In this document: positions 1 through 31,232 of the stretch, piece by piece
Layout: the number at the start of each line of letters is the position of its first letter
How positions within the stretch are numbered: position 1 is the stretch's first letter
Assembly (NCBI RefSeq): GCF_964204645.1
Contig: NC_134030.1
Location: forward strand, 3,452,778-3,516,777
From: Tubulanus polymorphus
Lineage: Eukaryota > Animalia > Nemertea
DNA: 64,000 nt
Direction of reading: 5' to 3'
Notes under the pieces: generated by a model
The model's database searches: none
Told to the model about the DNA's origin: nothing
The model's input: only the letters and a program-made list of their open reading frames with translations
Translations under genes and position numbers: made by a program

Positions 1-954
1 ATCGAGGGTTACGTTGTTGACACAGCATTGCAAACATTTAAATGTCTATTCATATAGAATTTTTAAAAAGCAAGTCACAATGTCTGTTAAATCACCTATC
101 GGTATTTTAGATAAAATTTATGGAGTTACTTTATTCACACTCCGTGTAATTCTAATTCCTCAGAATTAAATTTCGTTCGGAATCTTTTAAATTTGATAAT
201 CGGCTTTAAATTCTATTCTCCACACGTCTTTTCTACTGATTTCGTTTAGTGGATCCTTTGAAATCGCGAGTCAAAATCTTAGATTACCTGTGGATTGTAG
301 TTACTGGAATATAGGAGGAACAACGAACCCGTGTTTAACCTTTCCGCCTCCTGAAGGATCGTACATTTTATGATTTCATCTAACATCTATACGATTAAAA
401 TTTAACGTGTATGCACCTACCTGTCAACGCACTGCTACGTAGTCGAATGAGATTCAAACGTAAATTGAAATCTAAAATAAAACAGGTTTTGATCTGAGTC
501 ATCAAGGCACTTATATATAGCGTTAACCATAAAGGTTGAAGAATTTCACACATGACAATACATGTCTTTGTAGATTTGGCCAAAAAGATTGTTGACGACG
601 TATTTCCCGACATGGGATCGACTGGATGGTATAGCGAATACAAACATGCCTTGAATTTGAAAATAAACTTTGTCGCAAATAGTCAGATACGTTGTGTCGC
701 AACGAACAAAATATGTTTTAACACAAAATATGAGAGAAATTTTTATTGCAACCAAAATAGTTTGTACAAGGAAACGCATGGTAACATTGAGGCGATTTAT
801 CCTGGCATAATCAAATTTGATACGTGACTTGTAAATTACGATTAGGAAAATCAAATCTGATTTGCCAGGATAAATTCGCCTTTGGTCTCGTACAGCGACC
901 CCTGGTGGTATGTATCTTATAGTTTTATGTGTTTGTCCCAAGATAAGAAATGTG

Positions 955-1200
955 GTCCTGCCTGACTATGTGTCCGTCCTCTCAGGCAAACTGGGCCTTA
1001 CCTGTCCGTGCATCCTCGGGCAAACTGGGCCCTACCTGTCTATGCATCCTCCAGCAAACTGGGCCCTACCTGTCTGTGCATCCTCCAGCAAACGGGGTCC
1101 CGCCTGGCAGCACCTTGCCTGTGTGTGCGTCCTCCAGATAGACAAACGTGCTCCTGACATCTAGGCTCCTACCTGTCTAAGAGTGTGTGCTCGCCAGATA
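955..1200. repeat. Degenerate 34-bp minisatellite
   Basis: CTGGGCCCTACCTGTCTGTGCATCCTCCAGCAAA-like units at 991, 1025 and 1059, with decayed copies on both sides. Confidence 0.8.
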
Positions 1201-1650
1201 CAACAGGGTCTCTCCCCCTCTCTTCACCCCCACATCCAGAATAAATAGATTATAAATCAATGGACACCGCATGTTTTCCTATTTCACCTATCAGGGATAT
1301 ATATTTATTATTTCTTTTGGACGTTTTTGTTTGCGTTCTAATCATCAGCGTCCTGAATCATTGTTAACACGACAAATGAATATGATTTATGAGTTGTAGA
1401 CTGGATGGAGTTAATGAGCAAAACCCTTGGTTGATGATTTAAACATTTATTTTCCGACAGTTTCGACTGATGTCTTGACTGAACTTCGTTTGTTTTTTTT
1501 TTTCATATAAAAACGATTTTGGTTTCTCTGGTGATGAAGTCTAGTCAAAAATTGGAAACTGTCAGAAAACAAATTGTTAAATCGTCAACTGTTGGTTTCG
1601 CTTATCAAAATGTGATTCAACGTTTTAATCTAGAAATTTCTGTTTCTTTT

Positions 1651-3110
1651 CTAAATGTTGAGATTTTTCAGGAATTTCTCTACGAATTCGTCGTAGTTTA
1701 ATTTTCCGTCGCCGTCTAAATCGTGTTCGCGGATGAAATTTCTGATCGATTTGCGACAAGACGATTCAATTTGAGTTGTCTGCATGAATTTTTCCAGTTC
1801 GGTTGCTTCAATCGTGCCGTTTCCATCTGTATCAATAAACCGAAACGCTTTCCGCCAGGCGTCCTGAACGCAGTGTCTACAACGAGCAGAGATTCAAATT
1901 ACATAATGTTCTTCTGGCTCCACAGTCGGGACTAGCCCCATATATCAAAAGGTCTTAGATTAGATCTTTGATTATATCCAATATCTCCAAATATATTTTG
2001 TAATTAATGTTGTACTAAAATCACGATCATACACAATTGGCAGCATTGAAAAAATTCCTTTCCAGAAAGTAAACCTAATTTTGAGAGACAGGATCCAGTT
2101 CCACAGTCGTGAGTTAGAGTTAACTCTAGGTTAAATTACTTTCTAGTTCACTTTCAACCAGTCAAATTAATTGTTTTTCTTTATTCGTTAGTTTTGGGTC
2201 ACTCTGTTCAAAAAACTCTTGTTTATGTATGTAATTATATGTTCAACCTGTCCATAATGGGTTTTTCCTTCGTGACAAGTATCTTTCTTTTGTACCGTAT
2301 GTCAGTTTGATGTTGATGAATTGGATTTTGAAAAAACTAAAACAAAATCACCTGTTCCACATTTCTGAGTCAGATTTAAATCATTGAAAATTAACTAATG
2401 AACTGGATCCGGAGCTTCCCCGGCAAGCGAGCCGAAAACATGTTGAAGAATTGGAAAAAATCCGTAACCTGGTTTCATCTAAAGAATGGTTTTCACATTA
2501 GATTGGCTAACAGTGACAAATTATTAGAATAATGAAAATGATTTCATCTAGAACCTACCCAACAAGAGCTTTCAGAAATTCATTTTCATCGACTTTGTCA
2601 TCTTCGTTACAGTCGAGAAATTGGAAATACACCTACAAAATTACGCATTGACAGAAAAACATCACATGGAAAGCTTCCGAAACTAACTTTCAAAGAAAAA
2701 TATGAATAAATTTCCTATTTTATCAATAGAATATTAATACGGCATAGAGTTTCCTACACCTCAATATGACATGATGTCTTAACCACAGGGGCTTGTCACA
2801 ATTTGATGGAGGATGGACGATACCATTATCCCTTTCTTTTTTATATAGGGATACTGGTATCATCCATCCTCCATCAAATTGTGACAAGCCCCTGTGGTCT
2901 TAACAAATAATTGTGGTTCAAACGTACCGCAAGAGCTTCTGGATCAGTGACACCTTGCGATTTCAACAAATCCTCCACCTCTTTGTAACTCAGTTTACCG
3001 TTATTGTCTTTGTCTGTTTTTCGAAACGTCTCCATGAACTGATCACACGTTTTAGCCGTGTGCTCATCACAGGCGCCATATTTACTCAAAACCATTTTAC
3101 TACGAGACAT
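1651..3110 (-). CDS. Calmodulin-like protein with four EF-hands (~160 aa), 3 coding exons
   Basis: Exons 3110-2928, 2632-2559 and 1876-1651 join in frame with GT-AG borders. They give four canonical loops (DKDNNGKLSYKE, DCNEDDKVDENE, DTDGNGTIEATE, DLDGDGKLNYDE) and stop TAG at 1653-1651. An acceptor at 3146-3147 implies an upstream 5' UTR exon. Confidence 0.88.
2784..2896. mobile_element. 113-bp palindromic MITE with 8-bp TSD GTCTTAAC (P- or hAT-type) in an EF-hand gene intron
   Basis: TIRs CACAGGGGCTTGTCACAATTTGATGGAGGATGGA... / ...TCCATCCTCCATCAAATTGTGACAAGCCCCTGTG; GTCTTAAC at 2776-2783 and 2897-2904. Confidence 0.85.
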
Positions 3111-4010
3111 TTTTCTCGGATTTTGATATAAGAATTGGATTCGACCTGAAATAGATTGTAATCACGTAGAAAAGGAAGACAATGATGGCACATGAAAAAA
3201 ATGAGAATGTAAAGAATTGATTTCCCGGCCAGTTTATTGAAAAATAAGGTAACAATCTATCTAACCTTCACTGGTATGCGTCCAGTAGCACGAGTTATCG
3301 ATGATGTTCAATGTCTGTGGTAATCGAAATCTAAACCTGTTTGATTCCTACTTATTTGTCTGCGATTGCCAATAGAATATTACACAAAACTAGATAGATA
3401 AAGTCTAAAATGTAAACCTGTTTTTTTTTAATGAAAAGCTATGGAAAATGTTGAATGTACCTCCTTCTAGCTCGTTCAGCAAAAACGTTATTGTCTGATG
3501 TTACCACGGTGGTTTAGGCGTACGAGTCCTGCATAGCAACGCTCCAAGACTGGTAATTGAACTATCTCGTAGCGTACGTACGACACGATGCAATGAATAA
3601 ATAGCTCTATTTCATTGAATATTGTCGATATTGAACTGCGATGAAATTCAGTAGAAATTATGCGTTTTATGATTAATTACTTGTAGCTGCTAAATTGATA
3701 TTAGAATTCCATACAGTAACTCAAAACTTCATAGATCTTTAACATTAATGATATGAAATGTTCATCAACTGTGCCTCATCATCTGAAACCACACACCAGA
3801 TGCCTTATATTTTTGAAAGGGCAAATGTTGATACCAAACATTCGATGTAAGGGTGTTAGAAATCTCTTGTGGATTTGTTTTTAAGTCTAATTTTGCCCTT
3901 GACAATTCTTGGCAATGGATCCGATAAGAAACTGTCACCACACCTGACTGATCAACCCCACACCTAACTGATCCACCACACAGACCACTGAACAACTAAA
4001 TGCGACAGAC

Positions 4011-4075
4011 CAGTGGTCTAGTGGTTAGCGTCCATGACTTAAAATCTAGTAACCCAGGTTCGAGGACTGCGTTAA
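4011..4075 (+). mobile_element. tRNA-derived SINE-like head (A/B boxes); similar heads at ~33690-33760 (-), ~49335-49420 (-), ~55250-55310 (+)
   Basis: TGGTCTAGTGG A-box and GGTTCGAG B-box, with no complete cloverleaf. Confidence 0.4.
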
Positions 4076-4273
4076 GGGAAAGAATTTTTTTTTGAAAACC
4101 ATAACACATTCTTTAGTGTGCAACCATTTGTTTTTGATGTCCATCTTCAAAACGAACCGCCCCATCCGTCTTGGTGACGGAGTTTCCACGTTACTCGGCA
4201 ACCAGCTAATCACCACCAGGATACAACTGTCGTTAGGTCCTCCCGTCCCCTACGTCTCCCCAGAGTCTCAAAC

Positions 4274-7200
4274 ATGGCTCTCGATTTCTTAGCCGACAAG
4301 GCGAAACAAAATGCCAAGAAAATGGGGCGGAGAGCCGGTGAAAAGGTTTGTGCGTGGAATAAACAATACCTGAAATATTCTAAATGATGATAATTGAAAA
4401 TATTACCATTTTGTGACCGATAATCTGGTGTAGAAGATACTCAATGAACGACCCAAATCTAATTCAATCGATGATATTTATTCTTCAGACTGTTTCGCGA
4501 TTTATCTTAGTCCCATCTTCAGCGAACAGTAAAAGATGAATGTTTCTATAAAGACGGAATTATATTAAGATAAATCTCAGAACAAAATCCTAAATACTGC
4601 GGAGGGATTGTTCTCTATCATCACCACTTATTGTCTTCATGATTAAAAGTGCTATTTTATTGCATTCAGTTATTGCGGCAAATGGGAGCTGCCGAAACAC
4701 GTGACCAAGAATTTGACGATTTACAGTCGTGTTTCACTCATCAGGTGGTAGGTGTCTACGACTGTATTGATGATGAAATCAATTTGAATCTTGATTATCG
4801 AAAGATTTACTGTCATCGGTACTTAACCCGAGAAGAATTGTAACTGGTTTTGAGTACTATACCGACATGGCCGTACCTTCCATTTTAATTCGGGTGAGGG
4901 AGGGAGGAAGGGCAGAGAATCCAAAAAAAGGGCAGTTATATTGGACATAACAATAATGATTACAAAAAGGGCACTTGGCGCTCGTTAATTATGCTCTTTT
5001 TGAACTCTCTACCGAGGATTTACTTTTAAAAGTGCTGTAAAATTTTCATTCGAACAGATGCAATCTGAACGACTACGTAAAGATATGAAACGTTATTTGG
5101 ATTTGGTGAAAGAAACTCGAAAAGCTTTGAAATCAGTGAACGATGTGCTGGCGGATTTTTACGAAGATACGTGGCCCAGAAACAGAGATTTTCAAATTAG
5201 TCTCCAGGTAAAGAAAGAACCCCCACTAGATACTATATTCTTTATATAAACATCGAATATGTTCTTGTGCGTATTTACGATTTTGCAATTTTATAACGCA
5301 GGATCACGAACAATTATGGAGTAATTTAGAGCGAGGAATTCACTCACTGAGAGATCCGATCAGAAGATACGATTTTCAATTTCAAGATGTCATCGAACGA
5401 AAAGAGAAACGTGAAAATAAACTTGTAGATTATGACCACACTCGTCGTCAGTTAGAAGTAAGCTGATTGCGAATATTTGTTTCACACAACATGGCCCGGT
5501 TTTGATCCTAAAATATGGATAATCCTTCTCTATTTATTTGATCGATTTGGTTTGATTTGCTTTGATTTGGTGTCCTTTACAAACCGACCACCTCACCTGC
5601 CGAGAGCAAAACAGGGGGTTTATCAGATACTAGTTTTGTGACCAACAGTCAAAATTTACAGAAATTTTGTTTGAATCAAACTATATAATTGGAAATTTCG
5701 GTTCCGGTCCTTACATAAACAAACTTCCAAGAGATTTTTTCCAAGATTTGGAAATAACTATACTATAAGCGCTGAAGATCATTTTGTCCATTTATACAGT
5801 GAAGGCTTAGATAATCGTTGGCGGTTATAAGCTTTTGTACTCGGATTTAAGGGCCAAAACACGGTTGAGAAAAGTAACGCTTCAAATATCAAAAGGTCCA
5901 ATCTTACACAAGTCTTGCGATACCTTTTGGTCTTGAGTCATAACTGTGCAACTAACCGAGGGCGTGGTGTCTCGGAAACTCTAGGTCCGGGGTACTGGAA
6001 ACTCTAGGTCCAGTACACGTATAGGTTCATGTTTTGTACTCATTATCTTTGATCACATTCACAGAAAGCATACAACGATCAGCGAATTTCTGACGACAGA
6101 ATAGCAGACATCGAAGATAAATATCTGGAACGTGAGGCTACGTACAATGAGTTGAATACAGAGTTGAAACAAGAAATGACCAAAGTGATTCAAAGGTAGT
6201 TTGAAAGTAGAATTATAGCAGATAATATAGCGGGCAAAATGTAAAGTCCGTGAGAATCATAGCTAGACTATTGGCTTTGGTACGGTGCCTTGTCAGGGGA
6301 TATAATTCATTGTCGCCGGTTGGGTTGCGGTAGGTTGGCTCGGGAACCATCCATCGGTAGCAACAAGGCAGTTAAATCTTACGTAGAATCTCTTCTCGGA
6401 AATTAAACTGTATTCTTATAACGTGATCTACAGATAATCAGAGTCCAATTCAAGGTTTGAACATATCTGGTTTATGGTATGTTGTCAGGGGATACAAATG
6501 CGGTGCCATTTTCTCTGTAATTTAGTTGAACTATTTTCTCTAACACCCTAGATCCAGATTACTCTAGTTAGACCGGATCTGATTTTGCCCGCTATCTAAA
6601 AAGAATTCTCGACTAGAGTTAGCTGTAATCAAACTATCGATGCTGTTTGTTTTAGTCGTGTTGGATTTATGGCCGAATGTTTCGGGAAATTCGCAACCGT
6701 TCACGAAGTTTTCGCGTCTGAAACAAAAGAGGTACTTGAAACACGGAAACGAGAGAATTTTGATTTCGTCATAATTTTCTTTTCAATTATTTGTCTTCTT
6801 CGACGGAGATTGCAGGTAATGCAAGCGCTGAATGTAATTCTGGGTGATCTTGCCCTTCAAGACCTACCGATTCCAGCTCCGAAAAGACAAACTCGCGGTC
6901 GCAATCTACTGAAACAAAACAATAGTGATGACGACGCGAAAACGAAAGGAAAACTGATGAAAGAAACGACCGCGACATCGGGGCAACCTATGGCCTTGAG
7001 ACAGATCAAAAAGAAGGCTGAATTGACCGGAACTGAACCAGACGTGAAGGAACTACAGACGGCTTTAGGTCTGTCGTCTGGATTGGCCGGAGTTTATAAC
7101 GTTGCCACGCAACAGCAGTCGACACCGCTCGTTTCCCCGCAACAACAAATTTTGGCCGGGAGCAATAAAATGACCAATCAGCAATTTATATCACAGAACA

Positions 7201-7316
7201 GTTCGAGTCCACCAGTGCAGTCTTTACTGAGCCAAAGATTAGAGAACCAGTCATATCCATCACCTCCACAGGGTTCTGGACCAGTACCGCCACCTCTTCC
7301 ACCGATGCCACGATAG
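4274..7316 (+). CDS. Amphiphysin/BIN-like N-BAR domain protein with Pro/Gln/Ser-rich tail, no SH3 domain
   Basis: Exons 4274-4345, 4670-4747 (or -4744), 5058-5207, 5302-5457, 6065-6195, 6656-6731 and 6816-7316 are in frame with GT-AG borders. Motifs RRAGEK|LLRQMGAAETRDQEFD, RLRKDMKRYL, FYEDTWP, KRENKLVDYD and YNELNTELKQEM resemble the amphiphysin/BIN1 BAR domain. Confidence 0.82.
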
Positions 7317-8113
7317 ATTTTATCTGATTCAAAGAAATCAGATAGTCGACCGATAAGAAACATTTCATCGTGTCTCCAAAAATCTCCAAAATCTCCAAAA
7401 GACAATATACTTTTAATAAGTACCTTCATACCCGAAGAGTGTTAGATCTTCACTTGCTTTAAGTCACATCATTTTCGTCGAATGCAGAACGCATATCAAC
7501 AACAATATTGTTCATCTTTTTAGATAGGGTAGCATTTTAAAACAGATCTATATCTAATAAAAGCTTTTGCATCGTAGATGACAGGCGTCGTTTGGATGGT
7601 TCTATAATTTGATACAAAAAGCATGCTGCAGTTAAAGATATCGAACTCTTTGTGAAATCTTTACCGTTAATCGGGAACATGTTACCAGACTGTCCTGGTC
7701 GAGCGGAGACCGATCGACGGGTCGACGCCGGACCTGGTAAGACGCGTCATAAGTGTATCAATAACCTTTATTTTTCTGCAAAATAATCTGTTTTGAAGAA
7801 TTAAACTTGAATTGATAAATGTCTAAGTAAGATGAAAACAAAAGCCAGAAAGGGGACCGGCCGTTTTTTGATATTGTTGACACTTGATTAAAGGCCGGCG
7901 AGCTGCAACCTCGTGTAAAGTATTCAATTTTTAGATTTTGGAAACCAATTTGCCTAACGCTCTACTGGTAGAATTTGTTATTTTGGTGGTAATCCAAATG
8001 CAACCCCCTCAATGAATTGAAGTCGATGACAGATTGTCGCGGGTCGGGTTCGTTGATATTCGTGATTTCAGTCGGTTTGTTGCGGTAATTAGCGCGAATG
8101 GGCGAGTAGCGAT

Positions 8114-8263
8114 CGATCACGTGATCGCCGTAAAATCAACATGGCGGCGGTCGAAAAATTTTGATTTTTTGTTCGGAGGAGTTCAATAAAAATACGGCTC
8201 GCCGTGTATATCCGTTGAAAATCGACTTTTGACGAAGTGTATGGTTTAATAAGACGCAGTAAG
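8114..8263 (+). promoter_or_regulatory. CpG-rich promoter / first non-coding exon of the ARHGAP gene
   Basis: Palindromic E-box CGATCACGTGATCG (8114-8127), YY1-type CAACATGGCGGC (8137-8148), donor AAG|GTAAGA at 8263/8264, next acceptor at 9351. Confidence 0.55.
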
Positions 8264-8744
8264 GTAAGACCTTCAAATATGATCTTCGGTGATCACAGTC
8301 TCAGACAGGCGCCGACCTGTAATGCGTAGAAATATGTTCGAAAATGATTTGTTGGTTATCATCATCATCGTCATCCGATCCAGCCTCCTCTCAATCAAAA
8401 AACACAAATCGACTGATGATTAATAGACCATAGGTAATCAAAGCCCAAGATTATGATGATGACTCTGCTGGTGACTAAGACTAACTGACTGCTGAAACAA
8501 GTAAAAATGAATCGAGCCAGGCCAGAGACTGACAGTTTAATTATCAATGATAATGAATGACTTGAGGACTATTTATTTGCAGACAGGACAGTAGTTAGTG
8601 AGCAATTGATTATCAAAATTAATTATTTAAATTTAGTCTGAAGAGTATCCGACATTGAAAGGCTGGGAATGCCCGTCAATCCTAATGGAGGTCAACAAAC
8701 TTGAAGTTATTTCTATATTATAAAAAATGAATTAGGCCTACCGG

Positions 8745-9184
8745 CGGTCATCCTTATTACCGAGATGATGTATTTTACCGAGATCAACCGAGATGAAATT
8801 AAATATAACATATTTATTTATTCCATATCGATTTTAACCATTGAAATCATATTATATCAGTAATAAATGCCTGCTGGGTTCATATTTTACATATTTTGTC
8901 GGATATTTTTGGAAAAATAACTTTTAACTTTACCGAGATGAGATGGTCGATCAATCAAATTCAATGAAATTTTATTGCTAACCGAGTTTACGTTTTTGAA
9001 GTCAAAATTTTTTTAAATAAAAAAATACGTAAAATATGACTCTAGGAGGTATTTATTACTGATATAACATGATTTCAAGTGTTAAAATCGATAAGGAATG
9101 AATAAATATGTTATATTTAATTTCATCTCGGTTGATCTCGGTTCATCTCGGTAAAATACATCATCTCGGTAATAAGGATGACCC
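8745..9184. mobile_element. ~440-bp MITE with ~150-bp imperfect TIRs and internal ACCGAGATG sub-repeats
   Basis: Termini CGGTCATCCTTATTACCGAGATG... and ...CATCTCGGTAATAAGGATGACCC, flanked by the direct repeat CCTACCGG (8737-8744 and 9185-9192). Confidence 0.82.
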
Positions 9185-9453
9185 CCTACCGGTATAGATT
9201 TTCAGTTTAACCTTGATTGTAATGCAGCTACACACGGCAGACAATGCGGTCACGTTGTCTAGATCAGTGATGGACTTTTTTTGCTCATATGCTTAGATTA
9301 AGTGGATCCTAACCTGACCCTTTATGTTACTATATTTGTCTTTAATTTCAGGATGTAATGTTATTAACAGATGAAAGCCAGCTATTAATTCAATGTTTAA
9401 TCACGCACGATGAACATGTAGATTTTAGATATTGTTTTAAATCGGCGTGAGCT

Positions 9454-29123
<19,670 letters not shown>

Positions 29124-31198
29124 ATTCTCGTTGGGCTCATAAATATAAATACATATATCTCATAAGGTTCTTCCTTCGGCCTCGCGTAATGTAGCAATAT
29201 TTTAAGTTTTTTTTATGGGGAGCGCGTCGTGTTCTCGTATTGAAAATCATTAAACATTTTGCCTTCACGATTGATAACTCGAAATATTCAAGAGGTTTCC
29301 AGTCATTTTCACCGGTAATATATAATAAACTGGCTTTCGCTGCTCGGATGTTTGACATCTCGGCCGATACTGCTGCTACTCGTGTACGAGCAGGCTAAAT
29401 AAAATACGTTTCAATATTTATTGCCATGTGCTGCGTGTATTTGTTAGAGTGAAAATTTACCAGATTTATGAATCGCAAACTAAGAGCTTTCATCGTTCAA
29501 ATTATCGATACGCTTCCTGGGTTTTAGCAATTTCGGGCCATTCATAAAGTATGTATGCAAACGTAGAACTTCTTTTATGGTACCGTATATGGTACTACAT
29601 TGCCGATGACCTCGCAGTCATGCACTACGCCTATGCCTGTAGCCAGATTAAACAATAGTTAAAAACTTCGCTCGTATATCTTTGGTTGAAGTCAATTTTA
29701 TTTTTCGCATATCTTGCTGTACGTGATTTAAAAATATAAAGGTTAGTGTAAACCAAATCATCAGGCATTTCAAAGTCAACCTGGTCGAACAAACAAGGCT
29801 AGATACTAGTAAAACTTGGTGCATTTTGATTAAGTAGGCCTGCTGTATGCTTTGCCTGAATAGCTACCTGGCTACTTACGTAGATCATACCCTTTTGGCG
29901 ATCCTATCTATGTCTATGACTTGCATACGTGCTTTATGAATGGTCCTTTAAGAATTTCATTCGGTGCTTGTAAATTATGCCTGTATCTAGTTTTAAATTC
30001 GATGTGACTTGCATTTTTTAGAATAAATCAGCGAATATGACATGAATTCTTGCTAGAGATCGAATTCGGAACGCGAGAAACTGTTAATATATAATGTGTA
30101 TGTAATCAATGTAGAATGTTCGCGTGAAAAAGACTTTTTTAAATTTTGAACAATAGATGAAATTAATGATTGTATTCACGGGAATATGGCGCATGAAATG
30201 AAAGAATTAATTGAAAACGACAGATGTAAAAATGTAAATTTTTGGAGTCAATTACTATGAAAATGTGTGCAGATAGCAGTACAAGGCCACCTGCCTCCTG
30301 TACATGTGTCTGTATTTAGAATGAATTATCATGCTTACATTAACATTCTAGGCTTGACGTGCGCGACCTTTTATGCCATACTTATATCTGTAGATTGGAA
30401 CTTCGTTAAAAGGATGCAGTGATGAATCCAAAAAATTGTTTCTCTGAAGTTTATTTTAATCGATGCTCCACACTTACCAATAATATGTACATCATGTCTC
30501 TCACAGCTGTACATGTACATACCGTATATTCGTACAGTACGCTTGCTATAGTTTGCATGTATATATCGCGTACTTAATGCATTTAAACCATATATCGATG
30601 TGTGTTGCATTTCTTTCATTGGCCCTTTGATAATTTCATTTTCACGCTGTTCTTGTTCGAGCACATTGCCGCCTTCTGTTGTACGCAATGATGGAGCGTT
30701 CGAATGGAACCTACGATTTTGTAAAGCAGGTTTGAAAAACGGCGAAATTTGTCGAACGTTCCTTTAATTCATGAATTAAAACTTTTTCCCGCATAATAGA
30801 ATATGAAATACAATCATTGTTCAAATGTAAGTAAGAAATATAGCGTATGAAATGTTCTTTGTTATGTAGCGGAAATGTGGTTGGTAATTATTTTTATGCA
30901 TACGTGTTCAGGTGTTTGAAATCATATATGAAGAATGAATCGATTTTTATTACTTAAAGGAGGACGCTTCGGTTTACAATATAAAAGAGTTTTCTTTTTT
31001 CTCTTCTCAGAATTAACGCGCGATATACCGTAATATATAAATCAGAATTCTCTAAAAGATACGTGTGGATCTATATATATATATATATAATATAAGAACC
31101 AGATATGATATGACGATGTTAGTGTTGACTGCAAGATGAATGAACTCTATGTTGTATGTAATCTCATCATTTTTAACTTATAAATGAATATATAGTTA

Positions 31199-31232
<34 letters not shown>

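Noticed and set aside
285-941. Short ORFs and possible minus-strand exons at the window start
   Set aside because: Splice-like signals exist, but there is no recognisable protein and no consistent gene model.
4199-4209. 11-nt match to the miR-34 complement in the BAR promoter region
   Set aside because: Too short, no seed match, consistent with chance.
7317-7446. Open frame after the BAR stop codon (possible readthrough)
   Set aside because: TAG-A is not a favourable readthrough context and the extension has no recognisable motif.
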